64,000 nt of DNA, from positions 7,936,001 through 8,000,000 of the forward strand of contig NC_081333.1 of assembly GCF_022539665.2 (NCBI RefSeq). The letters run 5' to 3'. The position numbers were made by a program, and so were the translations under genes. Position 1 is the first letter of the stretch. Every line of letters starts with the position of its first letter. The notes below the pieces were generated by a model that had not been told where the DNA came from, did not search any database, and was given only the letters and a program-made list of their open reading frames with translations. This document shows positions 38,514 to 51,731 of the stretch, piece after piece. The stretch is from Daphnia carinata (lineage: Eukaryota).

Positions 38514-41500
38514 ATATAGCACCAACCGCTATACTACCGCCATCAAAAGCTTTCCACTTGTGCGGCCGCCCAGCATTCTATTCCAACATCTATATCGATC
38601 CATGGCTGTGCTGCTGCTTTCAGCCGGTTACTACTTGCCCGTCCTTGAAGCCCGGGCGTTTTTTTTTTCTTCTTCTCCTTCCGTTTTCTTTTGCTTGTTT
38701 TATTTCTTCCTCTTTTTTTTTTTATCTACTGTGCTGTTAGATCTTCTGGAACGTATTCGTACTATTTGCATTTGCTTCCTGTTGTGCCTCTGCGTGTCTG
38801 CATATTTCTGTCTATTTCGTTTCTTGGTTCGCATTTCTTCTTTTTTTGTTTCTCCTCCATCGCAGGGTCGTGACAGTCCCCGTTGTTTGTTCGTGCCATG
38901 TTGAATTTGTCTATGTAGATATAGACCTTTTCGTATACTGGATTCGTTTTGCTTTCTTGTCCTATTTTTAGAATACTTGAATGGCAACTCCGTTTGGATT
39001 CGCACATTTGCAGTTCTACGGAACAAGTCTGCGGGATCAAATTGAATGGCGGAGTGTCGTCAATTATCAACGCCTAGTCAGGGAACTCGATTACAAAGTC
39101 ATTACGAGCAGAACAGTAGCAGGTCTAATACTACTGTGCACGTCTAAGGGATTTCCTTTGGCCTTTTAATGACATCGTACTCTAACTATGAAAAACATCC
39201 CATTCGTCTTTTTCTTTTGCCAAACCGAATTATTCTTCCGGATCAAAAAAAAAAAAAAAGGAACAAGAATAGAACGGAAATATTCCATCTCGGGATGTGC
39301 ATGTTTTTTAGGCATTATGCGTTATCATTTTCTTTTTGCGCAGCAGAGTGGTCGTGATTTACTTGTATTTGCCTGCTCTGATTCAACTCATTCCATCCTG
39401 CGCTTACCCTTCCGCCACGTCAAACACTCCGGCCAAAAGAAACAGTCGACGATCGACGAGCACTCTCGCAAAAATCCTTCATCCAAAATAGGCCGGTCGA
39501 TACGTCCAATCTGACGTGCCAAAGGAAGACGAAAAGTTTGGCCTCAAAGTTTTTTTTTTCCCCTACTTTTGATTATGTTGATGACGTTTTCTCGTCTCTC
39601 GTATCAAAGCTATTTATCAAGTAGGCATTTTACGTAGTTTTATGCGGAGGGCGGGGATAAAATAGACGAGGAAAAAGGGACTGTGGGTTCTTGCTAAAGA
39701 ATTTGTCGTCAAACATTTATTGAGCTGCAATCTGTGATATGGCAAAAGGGCAACAGGGGAAACAAGGTGGCAAACGATAAACTTAGGCTCAGTGTGAATA
39801 AATAAAAAGTAAGAATGATTTCTCATCTTGACGCTTCAAAAACAAAAAAAAAAATTGACGCCACGCGCTGCAGAGCGCCGTAACACGAAAACAAGACACG
39901 ACCTGCAAGACAACGACTTGTTACGCTCTAGAAAGTTTACCCAGCCAACGTTTTATCTTTTATTCATTTTTTTTTTCTTATTTTGGTTTTTTTTTAAATC
40001 ACTACTTTTATAGCACCACACCCACTCAGCTTTCCCTCTATTTGTCAGCCAGTGTTTTCCTCTTTTCGACTTGGACTTGGCCAATGTTTGCAACGGCCAA
40101 CGATTGATTGTCAAACAAGCGACTACGCAAAAGTGCCTTCCCTGTTTGGAAGGCTTTCGTCGAATCTTGAATGATGAATGCGATAAAAGTAAAGCAAAAA
40201 AAAAGAGACGTCGTGTTCAGGAAGTCAGAGATGATACATAAAACAAGCAAGTCTTTGCAAAGTTCCGCATCGATGGAGACAAGGCACAAATTGGCAATTC
40301 CGCGAAACACGAGCAGCTCGAAGAGAGCATCTGAAAATTCCATCGATACAGCCAGAATTGCAACAAAAAAAAAAAAAAGGAATCCGCACCCAAAAATAAA
40401 AAGTTTCGCAAACTTCTCGCCTTTGACGCAATGATTACAAAGTTGACATTGAGCAACGAGAATATAAGATCGGGCGTTAATTCCCCAAGCACTTTAGCCA
40501 TAACTAGCATCAGCAGATAGATCTAAAGTCGTTGGGGCAAACTCGCAAATAAGTTTGCCATGCGATACCAAATAGCGACACGCATCTACGACCGACTTTC
40601 TCGCTCTGTATCGTTGCATAATATAACAGAAGGCGTTGGATGTCGTTGTGAATACACTTCTGAAGGTAACAGAAACTTTTCGAATACGAGCGCTTGTGTG
40701 ACTTGATATAACACTGCATCACGAATTGGCCAAGGTCGCAGGTATTAGCGAAAACTAACAGCTTTTGCAACAGCGTTTGCGGCAAGCAAGACCTTTTATT
40801 TACAAACAACTCCCAATGCACCATTTTCAAGTTCACCAACGGAGTTGATGGAACGAACAGAGCCCAGTAGTTAGGGATTTTTTTTTGGCAATGATAATAG
40901 AGAAATCGGGGGGAGCTTTTGAGAAGCCCTTGAAAAAAAAACGAAGTTCAAAGAGGCAAGAGAATTGGCATAAAACGTCGTACCACATTAGTTGATGGCT
41001 TCTTAAAACTTTAGCAATCGCATGCGCATATGTGTGGCATCCCTTTTTTAAAATGAATTTGAAACATTTATGTATACGACCTCACTGAACGATCATCGAA
41101 ATCTGAATCTTTAAGGAACGGCCGCAATATCTGCAGTCGAGAACGATTCAGTTCTTTCGAAATAGGAAACGTATGGCAAATCGATAAGATAAACTCATCA
41201 AACGGCTAGATGAAATATAAATCTATTTGCCCCTTACTGACGTTAATCCCACGTTTTTCCACAAGCTTTAGCTTTGTTATCTTTTCACTGTTCGCTATGC
41301 GCTTTCAAATGAGCCCGCAGCCGTCAAACGCAAATTCCCGATTGACGTCAATGGCTTCACGTCACTTGTTAAAGATGTTGCTTTACTGAAAAAGAGAAAA
41401 AAGCCCTCATTTCCCATTTGACGTCACTAATGCTTTGTTGTGTTTTTGACAAACCCAGATATTGGATGCGTTTGAATGGAATGCAACAACAATTGCTGAG

Positions 41501-43132
41501 GCTGTTTTGGAGAGAACAAGGACGGCCTTTAAGGACCACAGCCATGGTCATATCATCGTTCACCTGCTGTTGGTTACCTTTTTTCGTATGGTTATTACCA
41601 TTTCAAATTCATCCGTCATTGATAGCCACAACAGCTACAACTCTAGAAAATGTGGAGTCTCGTCCTACGATGACTGCTGCCTCTGCCGGAATATTTCTGG
41701 CCCGATTGGCCGCCTTTTCTAACGTAACGTTCCCATCTTCGTCATTGCATAAAGAAACAATAAAAAAAATATATATATATTCTTTATCCATCAGGTTCTG
41801 ATCAGTCCGGCTATCTACGTCTATCGCAATCAAGTGGCGCAGAGAGAAGCCGGGCGTGTTCTGCTGCTCCTTTTCTGTCCGTTACGACATCGCCGTGGCC
41901 AATCGACCAGGTACAACAGTCATGACATTGCCACACCCTTAGTGATGGGCGGTTTGGGTGTGGGTGGCATGACGACCTCGCAGCTCCATCATCCGCACTT
42001 GGGCGAGTCGAGATTGCGGAGGAATTCGAACGCAGTCAACTCGTCGAGAAGGTCCAGTAGTTTAGTGACCAACAATAGCACAGATTCACCGACCCGTAAA
42101 GGATCAGAAGAACCCATGACTGTTCTGGCCTTGGCCCAGGCTACAGTCGTCAATTGGCGGGGACGCAGCGGCTCAACCGACTGCCGATTGTTAACGAGAA
42201 ACAATGGCGCTGGCCTATTAGCTGATGAGGCTTCGGTTGCCCAGCAGCAGCCTATTCTTCGCGTTGTGCCATCGCCCCAGTTAGTGGCCAGACAGCGTCG
42301 TCTTAGTAATAATAAGCCTAGAGCTTCGATACCCGGCGCTTGTTGCACTTACTCACTGGATCGACGTCCGTCCACTTTGTCTTCGCACATGGACGCCCAC
42401 CCGCCAATTGAGATGCGTCAGCGTTCGCAGACCATCTCGGAAGCTCGTTTGACGTCCTCTAGCCGCCTTCTAGAACATCCAGCAGCACTTTCGCCTCGTA
42501 TTAGCAGAATAGATCCATTGACCCAAACTGAAGGGGTTGCAACTAACACGTCGTTTCCCAACGTAATCACGCCGGGCGCGACTGCGTCTACTACAAGTAG
42601 CTGCGTGCCGACTGATCGATCCCGTTCCAAGAAACGGCACACGTCTTCATCGACGACTGCCGCCGCTGCCGCCGCCGCTGCAGCTGCCGTCGCTGCGGCA
42701 GAATTGAAAGCTCTCAACCATCCGCTAGCTTATTATCCGTCGCTGGATTTCTTTGACATTGGACTAGAAGATTACGGCCGTCGTTCAGCCACGTCGTCCT
42801 TTTCTCGTTTTATTCAACAACAGCCTGCGACTCTTATTCCACCGACAGTTTCATCTTTTCCGCAACAACAGACGATGACGACGGCTATGGCTGTACCACT
42901 TGCTCACACAGTGTCGCAGTCCGGCGGCAACAATGGCGGCAGACGGAGAAGAACTTGTTCGTTTTCTAAAGTCATGTCACGTGGAAGTAAACAGCAAACA
43001 AGCACCAACACTCGTTGGCCAGCTGTTTTCGGTTCGGCCAGCAAACAGCAACAGCAAGAAATCCTTACAAGGAGTAGCGCATCGTCCATGCCTAGCGTCC
43101 AGCAAATCCCGTCTTTGGTCACGGCTGTCTAA
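31913..43132 (+). CDS. Class A orphan GPCR, GPR161-like, with a very long C-terminal tail
   Basis: Exons 31913-32160, 34263-34611, 34961-35703, 41459-41723, 41795-43132. TM1 GTFAN, SLRTISNRFVLSLIMANL (cf. GPR161 LSNKFVFSLTLSN), ISLDRYYAVNSPLHY, TM4 W, TM5 FVWP..LYLRMY, TM6 FTCCWLPF, TM7 SPAIY. Intron 1 has a GC donor. Confidence 0.85.
38482..38509. repeat. (CA)n microsatellite
   Basis: Run of ACACAC in GPCR intron 3. Similar short runs occur at ~62818-62838 and ~63029-63049. Confidence 0.85.
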
Positions 43133-44832
43133 AACACACACGCACAAGCACACAAAACAAATAAACCTCTTCCGTCGAGAACTGCGGATCCACCGTGAAA
43201 TGGACGGCGTATGCTGGTACTTACCGGTTCTTAAGAGCGAGCGCTTTCGCAAACCGGTCCGCACAATGTATCCTCTGAAAAAAGAGGACAAACAACTCAT
43301 CACCGTATTGTTCGGCCATTTGGACGGACAAAACAAATACACACACATGGCCGGATCGCTGTCTGTCCCTCCTTGGCTATTCCTGAAACTTTGTTATTCT
43401 TGCATTTCATATCTATTTATTTCCGTTCCAGACAAGCATTCCCATACATTACCAATTGCAAGAAGAAGAAGAAAGACTTTGGTCTATATTTGTACGTGAT
43501 ATTTATTAATATTTTTTCAGTTTGATTTTTCTGCCAGTTACGCCTATGGTCCTTCCTTCGCCATCAGATTATATCAAGATTTTGTACATCAGTGTTGTTG
43601 CTATGTATACATCATTTGAATGAACATATTTGATGTGGTCGTTTCTCTTTCATGTTTTGTGAGATGTTTATACAATATATTTACAAATACATACCAGTTC
43701 AGTCTATTTCTTTTTTTTCCATCCTATTAATGTGACGATACCACCAATTCGATTTGCAACCACGGGAACGACAAACCAACATTCGTACTATACGAACAGT
43801 TTATATTTTTCCCAATGATATGACGTGAGTGACGCGTTTCTGCACCCCACGACTTTTCATCTCGTCAATCAAGCTACTACAATAGCTCGAAAAATGGGAA
43901 TGGCACTGCAAGGACAAGGTTTTCTTTTTTTGGACAGAAAAAGAATACTTAAATCGGGAATCATATTGATTGGTTTGTGAGATTCTTACGCGTTTCTTTT
44001 CTTTCATTTCATTTTTGGTGCCACTCCTACGCGTTAGCTCGTATGGGGTGTCTACACTGCCTAAAGCTTCACATCAAAAGTGTTGTTTCACTTATAGCAA
44101 TACGTTTGACTATCACTTTTTTGGCTTTCTGTAAAACTGGCTGACAAAAAAAGTCAACAAAATATCGATTTATCTTATGTACACAAAGAAAGCTTGCAGA
44201 CGTTACATCGACAAAAAAAAAAGGGAAAAAACACAGCCAAAAATGCAGGATGATGATCTCTTTATCAAACTCTGTCATATATCTATTAACGTTGTTGTTC
44301 TTTTCCTTTCCTTTCTCCTCCATTGCATTTTTTTTTTTTTTTGCTTTTGACAAATAAGAGCGATGGATCAGTAAAACAAACACGAGACAATAATGCCAGA
44401 CACATAAAATGCATCGCCAGGCGTATCTTTTTTGTTGTGTCGTTTAAAAAGTCGAACACAAACAGGGGGCCGTTGATGTATCACGCTTACATAAAGTAAA
44501 AGAAAATTAAAAAATATTCGATCAGCACGGTCTAACGATCCGCTAGGTTTCCGTTGCACGGTCGTCGTCGATCACGTCCCGAGCGGACGCGTGCACACGT
44601 CAACCGTGAGCCAATTTTGACATTTGACATAGTTCGATCTTTCGAAAGATGTGCGGCGAATGATAAAATCTCGTGTTTCACTGAGGTATGGAATGTGAGA
44701 TCGATTGCTGGTTCTATTATTACGCGACCAACATATAACTCTTACACGGATAAAGAACAAACATTTTCGGGAAAAGAGATTGGAAATTTGGAAAAGTGGG
44801 TATTTTTTTTTTCGTTTCACATGAGGCGCCAT

Positions 44833-45982
44833 CTAATTTGAAAGATTCCAGATGTTCATGACTGCCGAAGCTAGTGGTCTCTTTTCAGGATCGTATTCAG
44901 TGGTAGCAATGAAAACGGCAATGGCAGTGCTGTAGTCGGGCTCTTCTGGAAGGTCTGGCAATGGAGGTCGAGTACCCAGAGCTTCTTGGTAGGCCAGATC
45001 AGGACAATCCGATCCATATGATTTGTCATCGTCTTCTTCGTCTTCTTCGTTGTCTTGCAGCAAATCGGCATGAGGTACACAAAGGCTGAGCATCTCCCAA
45101 ATGGTCAAACCTGGAGAAACGTTACTGCTTATTTTACAGGTAATAATACAATTAGTAAATATTGAATAAACTTACCATAAGAAAATATATCGGCTTTGCA
45201 GGTAATGGCTCCTTCATCGTTTTCAAAGCTCCCGTCCATATCGATGACTTCTGGAGCAGACCACGCCTGAGTTCCGATATAAAACTGGTCTGATTTGGCT
45301 CGGCCATTGGCTTCCTTGAGTGCCATGGTAACGCCAAAGTCACACAGCTTGGCCACTTTGAAATCCCCAAAAATGAGTATGTTCCCACTTTTCATATCAC
45401 CATGCATCAACAGCTTCTCTGTATGTAGGAAATCTAGGGCATTGGCAATATCAGTACCAACACATTTAATTTGGTGTGGTGGGAATGGGCCAGCTCTGTT
45501 GTCCAAACGTTGTTCAATGAGGTCCATCAAGCAATTCTCTGCTTTTTCCATTGCCAGACACCAGGTTCCATCTACTGCTTTGGTTAGTGTCCTAAAACCA
45601 ATAATATTTGGATGTTCCAGTTTCTTGAGGATATCTGCCTCTTCCAGTAAACGCTTACTAAAATCCTGGTGTTCTTGATTGGCGAATCGCTTTGCCACTT
45701 TTTTAACTGCCCATGGAGAGCGATAACCACCCCCAGAAATAGGAGCCCTTTCCATCAGATATACACTAACTCCTAAGTAAACGAAGTAAAATAGTGTATT
45801 AAGAAAATTATTATAGTACGTTCACGAAAGATTCTACCTGTTCCATAGCCTAATCTTTCTAATGATGGTGATGCAGGGACAGTGATTTTTCTGCCAGGGC
45901 TTGCTTCAAAGCCACCATTCTGGCCAAGGGCTAAAGAATGAAGCCTATTCTTCATCGGAGTTCTAAAATTATCGAAACTCAT
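44833..45982 (-). CDS. PBK: PDZ-binding kinase / TOPK (mitotic Ser/Thr kinase)
   Basis: Three exons (~45982-45838, ~45772-45176, ~45111-44833). MSFDNFRTP, VPASPSLERLGYGTGVSVYLMER, SPWAVKKV, LEHPNIIGFR, MHGDMKSGNILI, KLCDFGV, YIGTQAWSAPE, ADIFSYGLTIWEML, ALGTRPPLP. Confidence 0.93.
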
Positions 45983-47596
45983 TTCTACTATTTAAATAAT
46001 CGTTATATAAACTACAGTTTTGAATTTTAAAACGGGTACACAGCTGTTGAGCCGATTCGAATGTTTGAAGCTTATTGACAGCCAAGCAACAGCAATGCCA
46101 TCTAACGAGTTGTTGATCTCCCTAATACCTGAGCTTGGTAAAGAAAGCGCAATTGCGGCATTCAAATTAGGAAATAAAATAATACTAGCCACACCTGTAC
46201 GCTTATAAATTTAAAGCAATGAACGTTATAACTTCTACTGTTTGTTTAAGAAGCTATTTGCTGGCCGTCTTCCGACATAACCAGCCCACCATGGTTTGCA
46301 ACGTAAGCCGAGTCAAGTCCTTGCTGTAGGATTGCTTATTCGCGTGTTTCATTAGACGATGAATAACGAAAGAAATTCACTTTCTAATTTGCCTTTCTCT
46401 CCCTTAAATAATTAAATTGCTTAGCAACCTTGTTAACATTCACAAGGTGAAGAAGGAGGTATGAAGGAAAATCAATTCCGTTATTTGAACCAGTCCTATC
46501 GAGGTTCTAGGCAATGTGCTTGTTTTTTAAGTAAAAAACGAGGAGTGTGTGCCAAAAGCTGAAACTAGCTGGTGCTAAAATGACCAATTAATTATATATT
46601 TTTGTACTTGTTCCAACCAACCAGTTTTATCTCGCCTGAAGGTTGGGGCATTGTAAAGGCAAATCCACGAACACAAAGCGCGATGGGGGCGTAAGCCAAA
46701 ATTACAACTATAAGTATTGAGTACAAACCAGTTCAATGGAATTAATTAAATGCCACGAGCACAAAAAACGACCCGGTACTTCATTTACACCCCAGGTCCC
46801 TATTAGAGTTTTATTTTTCTTCTTCTATTCTCTTGTTTCTCAAAGTTAAAACACGCCAGCTGAGTTATTAGTAAAATAAGAAATCTGGTTTTTTGTTCAG
46901 AAATTGAATTCCTTTAGTTTAGCGGTCAACGTCCAAAAGTTCAAATTCTGTTAAGCATATGCGCAAAACAATAACAGAAAAATGATTGCTAGTAAAGGAA
47001 GTGCGTTCGTTCCATCAACAATCACACGATTTTTCTTTTTGCCTTTTATTCCAATAACTAAATTAAAGACAGTAAACTATGGCGTAGCATTAAAAATAAC
47101 GGTATGATTTTTTTTTCTTCCGTCCGTGATGATAGCATCATTCACACTAAGAAAACCCGGCCAAGTTTCCCGGTTTCATTTATTGTCTCATCCCGACCGC
47201 ACCATTGTTTAGTTTAGATAACATATCTGTGTTGTTGTACAGAGTATATAACATTAGCTAGTTTTGCCTTCAGATAAAACTGGGCAAGCTCAACAGAAGG
47301 GTTAGCAATGGTCTAGGAGAAGATCAACAAAAGAGCCAATAGTGCAAGGATTCTGCTACAGCTCCTGTCATTGCTGCCTCGTCCTGAATCGAAACGAAGA
47401 AAAGTTACTTCTCACAATTTCATTCTGTCCACTATTTTGTTGAGCCATTCCCTCTAGGCTTATGTCACAAGCATAAGTGAAGCAGCTGAAATTTCTAGAT
47501 ATGTAAATTTCAACATGGGCTCTTTTCATGCATTCATATCAATAAAAGTCCTTCGGCGAAAGAAGGTGGACAATCATTATCACCATCGAATTCCCC

Positions 47597-48069
47597 TGTC
47601 ACGACCTGCCTCGTTGGGAGGGGCAGAGGCAAAGGATGGGTGGACGGGCAACTTTAGCGGATGTTTTGACGGGCAGAGACAGTGAGAGGGTCTGAGGGCA
47701 AAGAAAGGCAGTGTTTTCAAGTGAAAAAAACACTTAAGATTAACTGGGCAAAGTAATGGCCGGCCCAGGTTGGCAGACTAAAATTTGAAAAAAAGACGTA
47801 AAATATGCTAGCACCACCTATCTCCGGCGTTAGACGGGCCGAAAGAGAATAAATAAATAATAAATAATAATAATATATATATATATAATAAATACATATA
47901 AATATATATAATAATAAATAATGAAATAAAATAAATAAATAATAAAAACAGATAAATAGTTTAACAACGATTCGAACCCGTGTAATCACCATGGCAGCCA
48001 CGTATCATGCCACAGCACCACCTTTCACTTAATTGTTTTATACATAAGCTGCGTTTTTAATGGGTGACA
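47597..48069 (-). mobile_element. Candidate solo LTR (TGTCAC...GTGACA) carrying a tRNA-like Pol III promoter
   Basis: 6-bp terminal inverted repeats at 47597-47602 and 48064-48069. Minus-strand A-box-like TGGTGCTGTGG (48020-48010) and B-box GGTTCGAATC (47978-47969), with tRNA-like spacing. AT microsatellite core at ~47846-47948. No target-site duplication seen. Confidence 0.5.
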
Positions 48070-48092
48070 CCTAAAGCCTAATTTGGTTAGGA

Positions 48093-48506
48093 TGTGCGGT
48101 CCTGGCACAATGGTTATCGCCCTCGCTTTGTACTCTGTCGCTCCGGGTTCAAGTACCGCAACCTCCAGTTTCCAAGCCCTCCCGTCCCTCCATGCCCTCC
48201 TCCCCCCACTCTCCCCATCCATTCAAGATTCATCACAACGGATTCGCAAGATTCTTCACCTCATCGAAATACGCAAGATTTTTCATCTTATCGAAATGCG
48301 CAAGATTCTACATCCTCATCGCATCGGACATCTTCTACCACACCAAATAACAACGCTGAATATGCTTTCAAGAAAGAAGAAGAGCCATGCCTACTATAAA
48401 GGGACTAAAAATGGCATCACACAAAAAACAATACACACACACACACATACACGACAAAGCGACACGTATACAGACGTTTCATCGATCTGTAGTACCGTTC
48501 ACTACA
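48093..48506 (+). mobile_element. Second tRNA-derived element (SINE or LTR-like) with 27-bp internal repeats
   Basis: A box TGGCACAATGG at 48103-48113 and B box GGTTCAAGTACC at 48146-48157. C-rich tract, CGCAAGATT repeats at 48245, 48272 and 48299, TATAAA at ~48395, CA-rich tail. Possible TGT...ACA ends. Boundaries uncertain. Confidence 0.4.
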
Positions 48507-49318
48507 TGTTGAAGATCGACCCACCAACTTAGGTAGAGAAGAGGTAATCGTAGCTTGTAGGTTGTTGGTAAGTTCTCCCCATGGCCACTAGGTTCATGGA
48601 TGCAGGCAGCTAATCATCGAGCTACGTGACCCTCTTCGATACCCATAAGTTTTTGTTGGTTCCTTACTGTGTCACCAGTAGGGCGGTGTTAGCAGGTAGG
48701 CAGGCTAGCTAGCCAATGCAATAAAATATTCATCGGAACGAATATAATCAATTTGGAAAGTTTAGATTTAGACGGAAAAACTCGAGCAAAAACTAAACCA
48801 GTTCTATCCTGAAATGACCCATTTGGCCGTATGAAAAATTCAATTCAGACGGTGCCATTGGCTTTGTTCTCAAATCCTTGTCGTGAGGGCGTTGAGGCCG
48901 CATTGAGCCACAATTTATTATACTAGAACGATAGCTGTCCCATCATAATTTGGAATACGTGTCATGATACCATATAAATAATAATAAAAGATGACAACAC
49001 GTTGGAAAAGTATGTTGGCGTCGTTACATATACAACCTACAGAAAGTTGAGGCTCTTTTAAGTCCGGTGTGGATGCCTCGACGAGATGCTATCTATCGTT
49101 GGGGAAGCAATTAGGCAAGGTAGATCAGGTGACAGATTATTTATCCAGATATAATTATAATCACTGCTGACATTAGGCTCACGTGCCACTGTAAAATATC
49201 ATCACCTTAATGGGGGATGTAACCCCACAACAATTAGTGAAAGAGAATCTGTTTCCGAGGGCATATAAAGCCGTCGTGCTTCAAAAACCACGCATTGTTT
49301 ACTTTCCAGCCGTTAACA

Positions 49319-50833
49319 ATGATTTTAGTTTGTCGAACTTTTCTTTTGTTACTGTGCTGGATGACCCGTTTGTCATTTGCAACGGGACACGACCAAGAGG
49401 ATTTGGCTTCCGTTTTAACTCTTTTCAGAGAGGTCATGAATTTAGCTAAGAATGCAGCTAACGGTAATTGTTATTGTTCAAAACCGGGACATTTTGTGAA
49501 TGACACTATCAAACAACGAAGAATCATGAATGTTATTCACGGATTTAGCGAGTTGATCGACTCAGAATCGGCTTCGTTTACGGACAACAACCAATCAGAA
49601 CAAAAGCCACACAAACGAGTCAAACGCTTTCACTACGCCTTCCGTCGACGAATCGCTTTTCCTCCAGGCACGAAGATCACAGTGACTCCAACTTTCTTTT
49701 TGCCATTCGTTCGTGATCTGCCCGATGGATTAATCTCCAACATGTCCATTAGTTTTCCTTTTTCAAGTATGTGAATAATTCATTTGCGACATATAAGCTT
49801 AACGTCAGCTTGAATTGATCATAATTTCATTGTAAGTGGTTCTGGACGAACTTGGGTTGACTGACGATTCAAACATTTTTGGAACGTTTTCCATTTTGAG
49901 GCGCATCTTTCGACTCTTCTTCGGCCATCGAAAACCACGAGCCAATGATTACAGCGGCGGGCACAGGTAATGTAATAAATTTTCTCTCTCGTAGATGATG
50001 ATCGCGGCTTTCTCTTTCTCATAAAACCATAAAAAACGTCCGTTGAGAAGTTGAATAAATTTATTGATTTTTTTTTGCGCATTTGACTCAGGGTACATGA
50101 ATGTTTGAGTTATGTTCTAATCAACGATTCTTTTTTAATTCTAATTTACGGTTTTAATTCGAATTGTAAATTAGATTTACTAAGAATAAGAGCACCTTAT
50201 CTGGTCTTCGTGGAAGTTGCAAAATTAATGCACAACGGGTCAGCGTTCTCTTATCAATATCTATTTCAGGTGACTGAATGAAATGGCGAGAATGGTTCTT
50301 GCCGTAATGTGAGACCGCCTATAGAGACGGGCAATAAGAAAGCGGAATCCCTATAAATCACAATTAAGAGAATGTGGCCATTAATACGTACGGCGTAACC
50401 GATTTTGCACAGGATTTTGGTCTACCGCACTATAGAGAACGTCCTCTATAATTTCGGTATGGAGGGACGTGACTGTTTGCTGAGGGCCATCTGCGAGGTG
50501 CACGAATTCCCGCTCGATCATCACGGTCTGCTGGGCGAGTTGCTTCAATTCCTATTCACGTAAATGCTTTATGAGTATAAAATGTTTGGCCGGGGAAAAA
50601 AAATTATCTCGTGATCAGATTAGCTCTTTGTAAATCCATTTGATGCTATCTACCGCTATTTCGGTATCTTTTGTACTTTGTTTAGAGCGAGCAAGTCAGC
50701 GGACGCCAGTGAGGAAGGACGTGACTACGTTCGTGCCGAACAATCAGGAAGGGACCGTGGCGAATGTTGGCAATATTACTCGAAATGTCCTCGTTCGCTT
50801 TTTAGCCAACAAGATAATAACTTGTACATGTAA
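49319..50833 (+). CDS. Secreted DM4/DM12-domain protein
   Basis: Exons 49319-49766, 49837-49966, 50413-50559, 50686-50833. Signal peptide MILVCRTFLLLLCWMTRLSFA, furin-type KRVKR, FPPG, and the domain YRTIENVL..GMEGRDCLLRAICEV..HGLLGELLQFLFT..DYVRAEQSG..CWQYYSKCPRSLF. Confidence 0.88.
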
Positions 50834-51731
50834 AATTCTTATGAGGACTTGTCTTTGGAGCTTTACAGACTTAAATTTCCATTTCGATGTATACAGACAT
50901 GAGAGGTAGTTTGTAAATGTTGTATTTTGTAGTCGACGTGAATACATATTGGATATTTTTGTACAAGGTCCTTTCAAAGGTGTGAAAGCTTGTCAGGTTA
51001 CGTGCTGCCGAAATATTAAGAGAAAACCATTTCCTATGTAGTGATGAAATGATGTCGAACGATCTCGAACAAACGGTTATGTTTGTGTACTCAATGCATT
51101 GTCAATATTTACACAGTCCATTGAAATTCGAAATGAAATGGTGTGAGGCAATAGAAGTGACGGTTGTGCTAGTTGGAGATAAACAAGATGAGTAATCGTT
51201 TGGAGGGCTATCCATAGTTGCGTGGCCCAAGATAAAGTCGATTTCGTTAACGGAAACGGAAGGACGGAGCCTTTTTTCCGCCCTTAAAATAAATGGAATA
51301 GTTGCGGCCAAGGCGTCCAGGTAATGGATATGTTAAAAGACTTCACTTATCACGCGGCATGTCGAGAAGGCCGGAAGGTTCCCGTTCGATTTTGTGAAGT
51401 CCCATCTTTTTGGATTTCCATTGCTGGTTGAGTCCAATGTACACCGGTTATCAGTAGTTCGGTTGAAGAAAACTTTTCCTTGAGAGTGACGTCAATAGCA
51501 TAAGCTCAGTTGTGATCCCAAAAGCGATACAGAACCCCACGACGCACTCTTTTTGGCTGAATGAAATAAAAGCTCATGGCACAGTCGGCATGACAGTTGA
51601 TAATCATAAAGCGTGAAAGCCGGTGCTCCTTATTGGATCGGCATTAAAAGTCCAGCGCGAGAAAAGAAGATTTTATTGTTGGCGTAGTTTTCTTTTTTTG
51701 GAATTCGAAACTTTCTCAACGTGAATTGATT

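Noticed and set aside
35704..41458. Nested gene in the 5.7-kb GPCR intron (many 60-110 aa ORFs)
   Set aside because: The ORFs are poly-A/poly-T driven (K/F-rich), with no domain and no consistent exon chain.
47960..48170. Functional tRNA genes
   Set aside because: A and B boxes are present, but acceptor and anticodon stems do not pair.
47717..48532. ORFs 47717-48001, 48083-48532 and 48094-48399 as proteins
   Set aside because: Their compositions derive from the AT microsatellite, C-rich tract and 27-bp repeats of the elements.
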